The notes beneath the pieces are model-generated. The model was not told where the DNA came from, did not search any database, and saw only the letters and a program-made list of their open reading frames with translations. A program made the position numbers and the translations under genes. Of a stretch of DNA of 64,000 bases, positions 1 through 10,400 are shown in pieces. This DNA is from a virus. Location of the stretch: IMG/VR virus record IMGVR_UViG_3300029813_000275, positions 1 to 64,000 of that record; one strand, written 5' to 3'. Each line of letters opens with the position of its first letter. Within the stretch, counting starts at the first letter, position 1.

Positions 1-1
1 G

Positions 2-514
2 CAGCTTATTGTAAGTCAGGGGAAAGGTAATTGGCCACAAAATTTTAATAAAGTTTTAGATCAGGCAGAAGGAAAATATATTAAATATCTTCATGAAGAT
101 GATATGTTAACTGAAAATTGTATCGGGGATTCTGTTCAGGCAATGGAGGATCAGGAAGTAGATTTTATACATGGTGATGTAATTGAATTATATGAAAATA
201 CAGGAAGGGAAGTTATCAGGAAACCAAAAATAGAACTACCTACATTGCATGATTTGAAGAAAAGAAATGTTATTCATAGTGCTACTATAATGTATCGACG
301 GGAAGTGTTTGAGAAGATAGGTAGTTTTGATGAAATCCTGACAATATGTGAGGAATATGAATTCAATCTGCGTTGCTTAAATAATGGAATGAAAATAGGG
401 TATTGTCCGACTATTTTGGCATATTACAGAAGGCATCCAGCACAACAAATCAGAACGAAAAGCCGGGCAGCTCATTCAAAAGAAAGAAATATGGTTAATA
501 ATAAATACAAATGA
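2..514 (+). CDS. glycosyltransferase family 2 (GT-A fold), 5' end cut by window edge
   Basis: Frame open from nt 2 (QLIVSQGKGNWPQNFNKVLDQAEGKYIKYLHEDDML...). Acidic EDD (DxD-type) motif, then IHSATIMYRREVFEKIGSFDE and CEEYEFNLR patterns typical of GT2. ATGA overlap with next gene at 511-514. Confidence 0.7.
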   Translation, partial: QLIVSQGKGNWPQNFNKVLDQAEGKYIKYLHEDDMLTENCIGDSVQAMEDQEVDFIHGDVIELYENTGREVIRKPKIELPTLHDLKKRNVIHSATIMYRREVFEKIGSFDEILTICEEYEFNLRCLNNGMKIGYCPTILAYYRRHPAQQIRTKSRAAHSKERNMVNNKYK

Positions 515-1206
515 TTGAACAACATCCAATACTTATTACAGGAGTGCCCCGATCCGGCACAAGTATGATTGCAGCAGCAATAAACTTATGTGGTGGGTTT
601 AGTGGCAGAATGTCAAAACGGGGGATGTTTGGGAATGATAGGATCCGGGAAGAAATAATTAAACCTTATTTTCAAGGTATTGGAGTTGATTTGTCAGGGC
701 AATATCCTTTACCAATTATAAATGATTTAACTATTCCAATGAATTGGCATCAAAAGGTAGAGCAGATAATAATTAATGAGGGGTATAAAAAAGGACATTG
801 GATGTATAAAGATTCCAGATCGGGGTTAATATGGCCTGTATGGAATTTTGCCTTTCCGAATGCTAAGTGGATAATTGTACGGCGTAGAACAGGGGATATA
901 ATACAATCTTGTTTAAAGACAGCATTTATGGATGCTTTTACTTATGCAAATAATCAAAAGGTGATTGGAGTAAATACTGAGCAGGAAGGTTGGTTGTGGT
1001 GGGTGCATCAATATGAAAAGCGATTTGTTGAAATGATAACTGAGGGATTGAATTGTAAAGTGGTATGGCCTGACCGTATGGTGCATGGTGATTACCAGCA
1101 AATGTATGAAACATTAGAATGGCTGGGGTTATCCTGGAATAAGGAAATAGTAAATTTAATTGATCCTTTATTGTGGAATGTAAGACAAAAAGAAAGGAAT
1201 AAATAA
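511..1206 (+). CDS. sulfotransferase-family protein (PAPS-dependent type)
   Basis: N-terminal ILITGVPRSGTSM resembles the 5'-phosphosulfate-binding loop. IIVRRRTGDIIQS resembles the 3'-phosphate-binding RxxxD..S motif. Translationally coupled on both sides. Confidence 0.6.
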   Translation: MIEQHPILITGVPRSGTSMIAAAINLCGGFSGRMSKRGMFGNDRIREEIIKPYFQGIGVDLSGQYPLPIINDLTIPMNWHQKVEQIIINEGYKKGHWMYKDSRSGLIWPVWNFAFPNAKWIIVRRRTGDIIQSCLKTAFMDAFTYANNQKVIGVNTEQEGWLWWVHQYEKRFVEMITEGLNCKVVWPDRMVHGDYQQMYETLEWLGLSWNKEIVNLIDPLLWNVRQKERNK

Positions 1207-1580
1207 TGGCACGAACAACAGCAAGTGAAGTTAAAGAAATAATGGATAATTGCACTTTGGATGATGATATAGTTGATGTTTATATTGTTGGCGCAAATGC
1301 TTTAGTTACGAAAATACTTGGTAGCAACACGACGATTGGAGCTACTTTATTAGAGGAAGTGGAACGATGGTTTGCGGCACATATGATAGCTTCAACCAGA
1401 CATCGTTCTATTATGAAACAAAAAGTGGACGATGCTTCAGTTGAATACACCGGACAATTCCGGGAGAATTTATCGTCTACCCCGTACGGACAAATGGTAA
1501 TGCAATTAGATTCAACAGGGAAAATGGCAAATATTGGTAAAAAAGGGGCAAGTATAAATGCAGTGAAAAGTTTTGACTAA
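1206..1580 (+). CDS. head-tail adaptor (DUF4054-like)
   Basis: 124 aa; ...WFAAHMIAS...DDASVEYTG...TPYGQ pattern resembles DUF4054 connector proteins; first gene of the neck/tail array; TAATG overlap with the preceding gene. Confidence 0.5.
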   Translation: MARTTASEVKEIMDNCTLDDDIVDVYIVGANALVTKILGSNTTIGATLLEEVERWFAAHMIASTRHRSIMKQKVDDASVEYTGQFRENLSSTPYGQMVMQLDSTGKMANIGKKGASINAVKSFD

Positions 1581-1900
1581 TGGGATTAATGAAAGATGAT
1601 ATGATTTTTGAGCCATATTTTGGAGAGCATGCTGTAAATGATGTAATTATGAATGATATAACAGACATTTTTGATATAATGAAAAAGTCAAGAGGGGAGG
1701 ATATGATTTATGATATAGATAGTGGTTATCAGTGTAAAATGAAAGTACAAACAGGTATAATATCAGTTAGATATAAAGGATATGGATTATTTACAAATGA
1801 AAATAAACCTTATGAAGTATGGTATCCAGAAGATAATGCTCCTACAGGATATCAAACAGCAGATAATATTTGGAATTACATTAAGAAAATAAGTAATTAA
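1580..1900 (+). CDS. hypothetical protein (neck module)
   Basis: 106-aa ORF, start overlaps preceding stop, co-directional packed array. Confidence 0.55.
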   Translation: MGLMKDDMIFEPYFGEHAVNDVIMNDITDIFDIMKKSRGEDMIYDIDSGYQCKMKVQTGIISVRYKGYGLFTNENKPYEVWYPEDNAPTGYQTADNIWNYIKKISN

Positions 1901-2265
1901 TGGGAATTGAAAATATAATACAACGAATTTGTGTTCAAACAGCTATCTATTGGGGGGCACCGAAAGGTGATGGATATGGGGGAAAGGATTTTGATTCTAT
2001 TTATCCTATTGAAATTAATTGTCGATGGGAAGAAAAAACAAAAGTGATTAGTAACGCTCAGGGGGAAGAATTAATTTCAAATGCACAAGTAAGAGTAATC
2101 CAAGATGTGGATGAACAAGGATATTTATGTTTAGGGACTTTGGATGATTTGGATAGTGAAGAAGTAAGTCCGGAAACGGTTGATAAAGCATACACTATAA
2201 AGAAATTTGAGAAAATACCAAGTTTAGGATCAACTAATGAATTTGTAAGAAAAGCATATTTATAA
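1900..2265 (+). CDS. putative head-closure / neck protein
   Basis: 121 aa, position between adaptor and gp10-like gene; ...AIYWGAP..DGYGG....I.CRWEE... resembles head-closure proteins; weak. Confidence 0.4.
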   Translation: MGIENIIQRICVQTAIYWGAPKGDGYGGKDFDSIYPIEINCRWEEKTKVISNAQGEELISNAQVRVIQDVDEQGYLCLGTLDDLDSEEVSPETVDKAYTIKKFEKIPSLGSTNEFVRKAYL

Positions 2266-2804
2266 TGGCTTTAATTGGAGGTATACCGAAATCAGTACGC
2301 CCGGGAACGGGAATAAAAGGAATGGATATTGTTATGACCAATCTTCACAAGGAGATTGTTAAAATAAAAGGACGTAGCTTAAAAGGTTTAATTGAAGCAT
2401 CCATAATAGTAAGAAGAAGTATGGATTATAATGCTCCGACTATTCCGATAGATTTAGGTAATTTACGCTTAAGTTGGTTTGTTGTAACAGCCAGTGGAAT
2501 TCAAAAAGGAGAATCACCCAGTTTTAGAGAAGATGAGGGTGGTGAATTAGCATCGGAGCATGCTTCTACTATTAGTGAAGCACAATCATTGGCACAGGCA
2601 GCTTCTGTGCAAGGCCCTGTATTGATGATGGGATTTAGTGCAAATTATGCTATGTGGGTTCATGAAATGGTAGGTGCTAATTTCAGACAACCAAAAAAAG
2701 GTGCAGTGAGAGGATCACCCGGTGCTAAGTTTTTTGAACGTGCTTTGAAAGATAATAAGGCATTAATATTAGAAACAATACGAGATAATGCTTATATAAA
2801 ATGA
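2265..2804 (+). CDS. HK97 gp10-like tail completion protein
   Basis: 179 aa; DLGNLRLSW (DTGxLRxS-like), ANYAMWVHE and GAKFFERAL motifs resemble the HK97 gp10 family; synteny. Confidence 0.55.
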   Translation: MALIGGIPKSVRPGTGIKGMDIVMTNLHKEIVKIKGRSLKGLIEASIIVRRSMDYNAPTIPIDLGNLRLSWFVVTASGIQKGESPSFREDEGGELASEHASTISEAQSLAQAASVQGPVLMMGFSANYAMWVHEMVGANFRQPKKGAVRGSPGAKFFERALKDNKALILETIRDNAYIK

Positions 2805-2841
2805 ATGATAGTGGTATTTATAAAATTATTAATAGGATAAT

Positions 2842-3237
2842 ATGCAATCTTCGAGTGAAGGTATAAAGGAAATGCTTATAGCAGATACTCCATTAGGTTT
2901 AACTTTTGCCACTAATTTATTTATAGGTAGAGAACCGGTAAAACCTAATAATTGTGTTACTATATTTGATACACCAGGTTTTGCGCCGCTGCTTACATTG
3001 GATGGTGGGGGTTATTATTATCCATCTATTCAAATACGGGTACGAAATACAGACTATCAAACAGGATGGAGTTTAGTACATAAAATAATGGTTTCGTTAC
3101 ATGGTCGGGGAAATGAAACATCATCAGATGAGACATTATATACTGGTATTTATTGTTCCAGTGGGCCCGCGTTATTAGATTGGGATGAAAATAATAGGGC
3201 AAGATTCATCGTTAATTTTAATATTCAACGGCGATGA
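2842..3237 (+). CDS. putative tail terminator / minor capsid-like protein
   Basis: 131 aa directly upstream of the tail tube gene; LFIGREPVKPNNCVTIFDTPG...IQIRVRN pattern as in DUF3168/minor-capsid-type tail terminators. Confidence 0.45.
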   Translation: MQSSSEGIKEMLIADTPLGLTFATNLFIGREPVKPNNCVTIFDTPGFAPLLTLDGGGYYYPSIQIRVRNTDYQTGWSLVHKIMVSLHGRGNETSSDETLYTGIYCSSGPALLDWDENNRARFIVNFNIQRR

Positions 3238-3284
3238 ATTATAAAGTTTTAGTATTAATTAAAATAATGAAAAGGAGGTAAATT

Positions 3285-3716
3285 ATGAGTGAAGCAATTT
3301 TAGGTTTAGGTGCATCTTTTCGGAGATGGGATGGAAGTAATTGGGTTCATCTCGCTGAAATTATGAACATTGCCGGGCCGGGTAAAAGTCGGGATACACC
3401 CGAAGTCACTACGCTGGATTCAACAGATGGCTATCGTGAATTTATGAGTGGGCTTCGGGATGGTGGTACTGTTACTTTTACGATGATTTTCAGTCGGACT
3501 ACTTATGGCATAATAGATACTGATTTTGAAGATGATGATCTTCAGAATTATGAGATTTATTTGGTCCAGGATCCTGAAGGTACATCTTTTGAATTTGAAG
3601 GATTGGTGACAGAATTACCATTGACCATCGCACCCGGTGATCCAATGACAGTTGATGTAACTATCAAACTTAGTGGGTCGGTTACTGTGAATACCGGGTC
3701 TGGTAGTAGTGCATAG
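3285..3716 (+). CDS. major tail tube protein
   Basis: 143 aa; strong SD (AAAGGAGG) 7 nt upstream; ...ITGPGKSRDTPEVTTLDS..GYREFMSGLRDGGTVTF... pattern typical of siphovirus tail tube proteins; position before G/T chaperones. Confidence 0.8.
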   Translation: MSEAILGLGASFRRWDGSNWVHLAEIMNIAGPGKSRDTPEVTTLDSTDGYREFMSGLRDGGTVTFTMIFSRTTYGIIDTDFEDDDLQNYEIYLVQDPEGTSFEFEGLVTELPLTIAPGDPMTVDVTIKLSGSVTVNTGSGSSA

Positions 3717-3773
3717 TTAAATCAATTCTAATCAGGAATTGTTTTTAGTTATTAAATTATAAAAAAGTTAATC

Positions 3774-4196
3774 ATGCCAATCTTAGATAGAAAGAAATTA
3801 TTACAGAAAGAAAAATTGGAAATTGTCCAAGTGGACTTGGGCAAAGGTGAAATTACATTTGTTCGTCAAATGACAGGGCGGGAACGGGATCAATTTGAAC
3901 GCAGCCTTATTCGGGAAGTGAAAGATGTTAAGGGAAATCTTGATTACGTAAGGTCTTTGGAGGATTTCCGGGCAAAATTGGCAGTTAATACTCTTTGTGA
4001 TGAAAGTGGCGAAGCGTTATTGTTACCAAATGATGTTTCAACGCTGAGTCAAAACATGAGTGCTTTCAGATTGGAAAAAATTGTAAATGCAGCTCAGAAA
4101 TTAAATGCAATTACTGAAGCGGATAAAGAAGCATTAGTAAAAAACTTAGAAGGCGGCCGGGCCGCCAGTTCCAATTCCGACTCTGCAAAGAATTAG
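3774..4196 (+). CDS. tail assembly chaperone (gpG-like)
   Basis: 140 aa between tail tube and tape measure; contains slippery site near 3' end. Confidence 0.75.
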   Translation: MPILDRKKLLQKEKLEIVQVDLGKGEITFVRQMTGRERDQFERSLIREVKDVKGNLDYVRSLEDFRAKLAVNTLCDESGEALLLPNDVSTLSQNMSAFRLEKIVNAAQKLNAITEADKEALVKNLEGGRAASSNSDSAKN

Positions 4197-4528
4197 GTAT
4201 TGTTCATCCGGATTATTTATTGGATGAATTAACCTCGGTTCAGTTAAGCGAGTGGGAAGCATATGATAGATTGGATCCAATCGGAGAATGGAGAGCAGAT
4301 TTTAGAACAGCATCTTTGATTTCACAAGTTGTCAATATTGCCAGAACAATTTGGGGAAAAAGAAGTGTGGAAATGACTGCACCGTTGGATTATATGCCGG
4401 AATGGGATAGAAGTGAAGAAGAACCTAAAAGACAATCTGTTGAAGAAATGAAACAGATTCTTTTAGGGATAGCAGGAACTCAAAATGTCAGAAAGAAAAG
4501 AAGATTAGATAAACCAAAGAAATTATAA
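3774..4528 (+). CDS. tail assembly chaperone G-T fusion made by programmed -1 frameshift at 4139-4145
   Basis: The -1 frame is open from 4127 to 4528. It encodes ...LDELTSVQLSEWEAYDRLDPIGEWRADFRTASL..., the gpT-type motif (L..W.AY..L.P.G..R.D). A -1 shift from the G frame (mod 0) lands in this frame (mod 2). Confidence 0.75.
4139..4145 (+). promoter_or_regulatory. -1 ribosomal frameshift slippery heptamer A_AAA_AAC
   Basis: gtA AAA AAC in the zero frame of the G gene (X XXY YYZ form). Confidence 0.75.
4152..4166 (+). promoter_or_regulatory. GC-rich stem-loop, putative frameshift stimulator
   Basis: GGCGGC-cgg-GCCGCC perfect 6-bp GC stem, 6 nt downstream of the slippery heptamer, in an otherwise AT-rich genome. 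Confidence 0.6.
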
Positions 4529-7437
4529 TGTTTTTAGGAAGTCTCATAGCAACTTTGGGGGTTAATACAGCAGGACTTATTGCTGCCGAACGTAGTATGA
4601 AACAGTTTGAAGCAAGAATGAATGCTTCTGTCACTCGTATTAATACAAGATTACAAACTACCGGGGCAGCAATGAAGAAGTTTGGGCGGGGCATGTCTAT
4701 GTATATGACCGCTCCATTGGCATTGGTTGGAGGAGCTGCATTTAAAATGCACATGAGTTTTGAATCGTCAATGTCGAAGATTGTAGGTCTGGTTGGGGTT
4801 GCACAAGAACGAGTCGATCAATGGAGTAAGGATATTATTCAGATGGCCCCTAAATTAGGAAAAGCCCCAAAAGAATTGGCAGATGCTATGTTCTTTATTA
4901 CTTCAGCAGGGCTTAGAGGGTCTGAGGCTTTAGAGGTTTTAGAAATGTCGGCAAAAGCGTCTGCATCAGGATTAGGGGAAACCAAAATAGTTGCTGATTT
5001 GGTAACTTCAGCTATGAATGCTTATGGATCAGCTGCATTGAATGCAAAACAAGCTACTGATATTCTTACTGCCACAGTTCGGGAAGGAAAAGCTCAGGCA
5101 GATGTTTTGGCTTCGTCAATGGGTATGATACTTCCGATTGCTTCCAATATGGGAGTTGCATTTAATCAAGTTGGAGCTGCCGTTGCTGGTATGACCAGAA
5201 CAGGTACGAGCGCTCAAACAGCGTCAATGCAATTACGTCAGATTTTAGCTTCTTTATTGAAACCTTCCCAACAAGCAGAAAAAGCTCTTTGGGAAATGGG
5301 GACTTCATCCGAAGCATTGCGTAAAACTATACGGGAAGATGGATTACTCGCAGCATTGACAAAAATAAAAGATTTATCTGAAAAATATGGAGATACTGTT
5401 ATGGCTAAAGTATTTCCAAACATTCGGGCTTTGTCTGGGGTGTTGGATATTATGGGGTCTAATTTAGAAGATAATAAAAAAATATTTGCAGAATTAGAAA
5501 ATGCTGTTGGATCCGCAGAAAGAGCTTTTAAAGTAACTTCAGAAACAGCAGAACACAAATTTAATGTGGCAATGGCTTCGGCAAAAACCGTACTTACTGT
5601 TTTAGGTGGAACTGTGTCAAAAGAAGTTATACCTATTTTAGAACGATTTGCTGAAAAGATGCAAAACATGATAACATGGTTTGAAGGTTTGAATGATACG
5701 CAAAGACGAACAATTGTGCGAATTGCCGGTCTGATTGCGGTAATTGGGCCCTTATCAATGGCGCTTGGATGGTTGGTAGGAAACGTCTTACCAGGTTTGT
5801 TTACAATAGGCACGAAAGTTATAAAAATGCTTAGAATCATGACATTTGTAATGTTGAAAAATCCTATTATGATGCTTGTAACGGGAATAGGTATAGCTAT
5901 TGCTGCACTTATATCACTCAAGAAAAAAACAAAAGAAGCAGCAGATGCCCAATCATTTTTCAATAGTGCATTGGAAGAAGGAAGAGCATTGTTAGAAGAA
6001 TCTCAATCTATCGAAGATCGTATGAAACTGTTGGGTACTTTAAATAAAAGACAATTAACGGAATTCCAACAACGAATAGAAAATCAAATAAAATTAGAAG
6101 AAAATTTTACAACTGATTTATTAACAGAATTTAAAAGAAGATTAAAAACGGATGATAAACTGGCAAGATTAAGAAAAAATCTTATGGAATCAGAAGATGC
6201 CGCACATAGTTGGCATCTACAAAAATTGATTAAATTCAGAAAAGAATTTATCATGGAAGATTTGGAATTGGAAAATCAGGCAAATCAAAAACGAATGAAA
6301 TTATTGAATTCATATTTAATTCAAGTGGAAAAGGCATTAGCCGGAATTAAAGAAGAAGAAGTTAAAGTATTTATTTCTGAAGAAACTGTTGCGGCAATGT
6401 TAGAATTTAGGACTGAATTGAAATATGTTGATAAAATGGTTGAATATTTAGGAAATAAATTTGAGGGAACATCAGGGCAAATTGAAATTTGTAATCGGAC
6501 ACTGCAAACGCTTGCCCGATTAGGACTTGCAAAAACCAGTGAAGAAGTTCAGGAAGTTCTTAAAGAAATGAAAAAATTAGAAGAACAAATGAAAACACCT
6601 GTTGCTTCATCACTTGAAGGATTAATTGGGCTTTTAACAAAGATGACTGAACGTACCAGAATTACTAAAGGCATTGTTAAAGATTATACCGGTGAACTTG
6701 CTAAAATGGCATGGATGAATGCTGCTATTGGAGATACTTATGATAATGCGTCTATACAACTTCAAATATATACTAATGCATTAAATCAATTTTATGATGT
6801 TGGTATAAAAAGTGGTGAAGCGGTGGATTTTCTTATTGCAAAAATAAAAGAATTAAATGCAGCTGAGGAAATAGGGACAAGACTTTTTATGGCAAAAGCA
6901 CAAGTAATGCAAGATGTGATGGGATTAGGGATAACATTGGCTGATCGGCAGGTTGCAAAACTTGATGAACAATACGAAAGAGATATTACTGCGGCAAGCA
7001 ATAATGCCCAACAAAAAATAAAAATTGAAGAAGAATATAATAAAAAGAGAAGTGCCCTTTTGAGAAAAGCAGCTATTGCAGAAAAACTTGCCGGGATATT
7101 TAGTATTGCAATAAATACTGCAAAAGGAGTTATGGATGCTATGAGTAAAGTTGTTACTATACCTCTTGTCCCCTGGATTATTGCTGCCGGAGCTATTCAA
7201 GCAGCCGCAGTACTTGCACAACCTATACCAAAAATGGCAGGAGGCGGTATTATTCCTCCCGGGTATCCAAATGATACTTATCCCGCAATGCTTACTTCTG
7301 GTGAAGAAATCATTCCTGCCGGTAAATTAAATCGTCAACCGGTTGTGGTTAATTTAATTGGTGAATGGGAATTGAAAGGTGAAAATATGCATTATATAGT
7401 AAAAGAAGTTGAACGCAAACATAAAAACAATTTTTAG
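4528..7437 (+). CDS. tail tape measure protein
   Basis: 969 aa; Ala/Gly-rich N-terminal TMP core; internal hydrophobic segments; long coiled-coil region; immediately after G/T chaperones. Confidence 0.9.
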   Translation: MFLGSLIATLGVNTAGLIAAERSMKQFEARMNASVTRINTRLQTTGAAMKKFGRGMSMYMTAPLALVGGAAFKMHMSFESSMSKIVGLVGVAQERVDQWSKDIIQMAPKLGKAPKELADAMFFITSAGLRGSEALEVLEMSAKASASGLGETKIVADLVTSAMNAYGSAALNAKQATDILTATVREGKAQADVLASSMGMILPIASNMGVAFNQVGAAVAGMTRTGTSAQTASMQLRQILASLLKPSQQAEKALWEMGTSSEALRKTIREDGLLAALTKIKDLSEKYGDTVMAKVFPNIRALSGVLDIMGSNLEDNKKIFAELENAVGSAERAFKVTSETAEHKFNVAMASAKTVLTVLGGTVSKEVIPILERFAEKMQNMITWFEGLNDTQRRTIVRIAGLIAVIGPLSMALGWLVGNVLPGLFTIGTKVIKMLRIMTFVMLKNPIMMLVTGIGIAIAALISLKKKTKEAADAQSFFNSALEEGRALLEESQSIEDRMKLLGTLNKRQLTEFQQRIENQIKLEENFTTDLLTEFKRRLKTDDKLARLRKNLMESEDAAHSWHLQKLIKFRKEFIMEDLELENQANQKRMKLLNSYLIQVEKALAGIKEEEVKVFISEETVAAMLEFRTELKYVDKMVEYLGNKFEGTSGQIEICNRTLQTLARLGLAKTSEEVQEVLKEMKKLEEQMKTPVASSLEGLIGLLTKMTERTRITKGIVKDYTGELAKMAWMNAAIGDTYDNASIQLQIYTNALNQFYDVGIKSGEAVDFLIAKIKELNAAEEIGTRLFMAKAQVMQDVMGLGITLADRQVAKLDEQYERDITAASNNAQQKIKIEEEYNKKRSALLRKAAIAEKLAGIFSIAINTAKGVMDAMSKVVTIPLVPWIIAAGAIQAAAVLAQPIPKMAGGGIIPPGYPNDTYPAMLTSGEEIIPAGKLNRQPVVVNLIGEWELKGENMHYIVKEVERKHKNNF

Positions 7438-7439
7438 CA

Positions 7440-10400
7440 ATGGCACATGTACTTGAATATTATCATGAATATTATGACATCGGAGGTACGCTTCACCGGG
7501 TAGAATTATTACAGGATGGTTATTCCGGTGGTTCAACGCATATCAAAAAAAGTGATGCCGTTCCTGTTAGAATGAGACATACAGGATCGAAAACTGATTT
7601 TGAAAAAACAATTATTCAAGGACAGGAACTTGTATTTTCATTTCGTGTAGCACGTGATGATGTAGACACTTTTGATACCCTGTTTGAATCTGATTATAAA
7701 GATTACAAAGTTAAATATTATGTAGGGGAAGAACTTGAATTTGAAGGATATGTTAAACCTGAAAATTTAAGTAAACAATTTTCCAAAAATCCTCCTTATG
7801 TGGAAATCACACTTTCCGCTACTGATGCACTTGCAGATTTGAAAAATATTCTTTTCGGCGATGGTTCAATTATCAATGATAAATTGACAATTCTTGAAAT
7901 CTTAAAATACGCACTCACACCGATAGGAATCACATTAGATTTTCAGATACAACTTGGCACATATGAAAGCACTTACATGGCTGCTACTGAATGTGCTTTG
8001 AAAGAAATTGTTGTTGATGCACGGAGATTTTTCACAGAGAAAACAGGTAAAACTGAAATTTTATCTTGTCATGAAGTTATTGAAGCAGCGCTTAAAGATT
8101 TTTCAATTACTTTTAAACAACGTAAAGGCAAATATCAAATAACCAATCATAATGAATTAAATAGTTATCAATTCATATTTGATTGGTCAACCCTGACACA
8201 ACAAAGCCGCACGGCAACGGGTAATATTGTTGATATGATTGGGTATAAATATGATCCGGGTATTGAACAGCAAAAAATAAGACCATTAAAAACAGTCGCT
8301 ATAACTCATAAAAATAAAGATTTAGGTGAACCTTTAGTAGGCGTTGATAATTGGAATAACTGGGTTATTGATTTTTATTCACATACCGTATTAGCTGGCA
8401 ATGTATTACAATTATATAGTTCAGGAGAATCCTATGATGATTATATTCAATATACGGCAGGTTTTACAAAAATAACAGAAAATGATTATATAAAAATAAC
8501 ATTTGATGAAATACTTCACGCTTTTACTGGTGGTGGAATACCTTCAATAAAAATCAAGATTGAAATAACAAGACCGGACACAAGTACACTTCCACCTGTT
8601 TATTTTCCTTGCTATGGTGAATGGAATACTTGTGAAAGTTATTTAGCACCTGCATTTAAAATAACAGCATCTGGTGATTATATAATAAAAATATCATTTA
8701 TCCCTGATCCATATAATATCTGGGATTGGACTACTGCAACATTTTGGGTTAAAGATATGGTTTTTTCAAAAATTATAAACACAACCGAAGAATACGATCT
8801 TTCAAATATTACTTATGATAAACATTACCGCCAAACTTCCGGTAAAGGAATAGAAATTTTTGAAACAGAAACTTTACTTGCTGATACTTTACAGGTATCT
8901 GAAATAGGAGCTTTATTGGCAAATGGCGGGGCTGCAAATACAGCTTCCTGGAATACTTATGGGCATACTGAAGGTATAAGAATACTTGATATTTACGCAA
9001 GAAATATTCTTAACAACCGGTATAATTACAAAAATTATCTTAGAGCTGAAATTTCTGATCGTAATAATAATATTGATTTTGATAAGATTTTAACGATTTT
9101 AAGTAAAAATTATGTATGTATTTCTTATGATCGGAATTTCAAAGAATGTCTAATAACAGTTGAACTCATTGAACTTTTAACAACCCAGCAAGATTATAGT
9201 TTAATCAGTGAATTTTCTTTGGATTCTGTAGATGGCGTTCCTATCAAAGAAGGAGTTAATATCAATGTGGTAACTTCAACAACAACTCCTTATCATAATG
9301 AACTTGGTGGATTATATGGGGCTTCGCCTTATAATCATTTATCGGCGGCTGCTTATACTAATGTAGGAAATCTGGCTTCAATGGCATATCAGGCAACTGC
9401 TTCATATTACACGGCTGCCCAATTAAATGCCGGACAGTTAAACAATCTTTATTACACAGAAACAGAACTTAATGCCGGTCAGCTTAATAATTTATATTAT
9501 ACCGAAACCGAAATAAATACCTGGAGAGCCGAAGTAACTCAGACCGAAATGGGTTATTTGCATGGGGTGGCTTCAGATGTTCAAACACAAATCACAGCAA
9601 GGGCAATTATTGGAGCAGATGCAGCAAATGATCGGATAGCCACATGGACTGGTGCAACTACAATAAAAGGTGAACCAAATCTTACTTTCGATGGGGCTGT
9701 TTTAACAAACAAGGGACATAGATATCAACAATTCTCAACTGAAGCAGGAAAAACAGATTGGAGATTAACTTTAGCAAATGAAGATGCTGATCTTGCAAAA
9801 ATCTTTAATTATGACGTTGGTGGAGCTGCTTTTAAAAATATGGTTTTAGGAAATACTACTAAGCTTCTTTATTTAGATTTAGCAAACACAAGGATTGGAA
9901 TAAATAGAAGTGATCCTGCATATACTTTTGATATCAATGGAACTGGAAGATTTGTTGGTAATTTATATGGAGATGCAAATGTCCAACATAAAGATTTCAC
10001 TACCGGATTTCAGGGCACAAACTGGCAAATAACTGATGCAGGAAACGGTGAACTTAATAATTTGTTAGTACGTGGTGGATTAACTGTTTATGAATTAATA
10101 CTTAATCGTTTACACTATCAATGTGGCGGATTGATTATTGGCGCTGGTGGTGGAAAAATCAAAACAATTCATGTTGCAACACAAGGATCGGAACAATTGG
10201 AATTTGAGGATCCGGCAGGAAACAGTATTTTGCCTTTCACAGTTGGGGCAATAGTAATGGTTCAGGATTTTGATTTAAACCGGACAACAATTGTTAAAAA
10301 AATAGTCAGGCAGGTTGCTTCAATAACCGGACAGGTACTTACCCTGACAACTACGGCAGGATGGGTAATCGGAGATGATGTAGGTGCATTTGCATACGGT

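Noticed and set aside
5238-5963. 241-aa minus-strand ORF inside the tape measure gene
   Set aside because: It is antisense to a long gene with clear TMP character. Its composition is the mirror of the Ala/Ser-rich sense frame, and it has no start context or neighbours on that strand.
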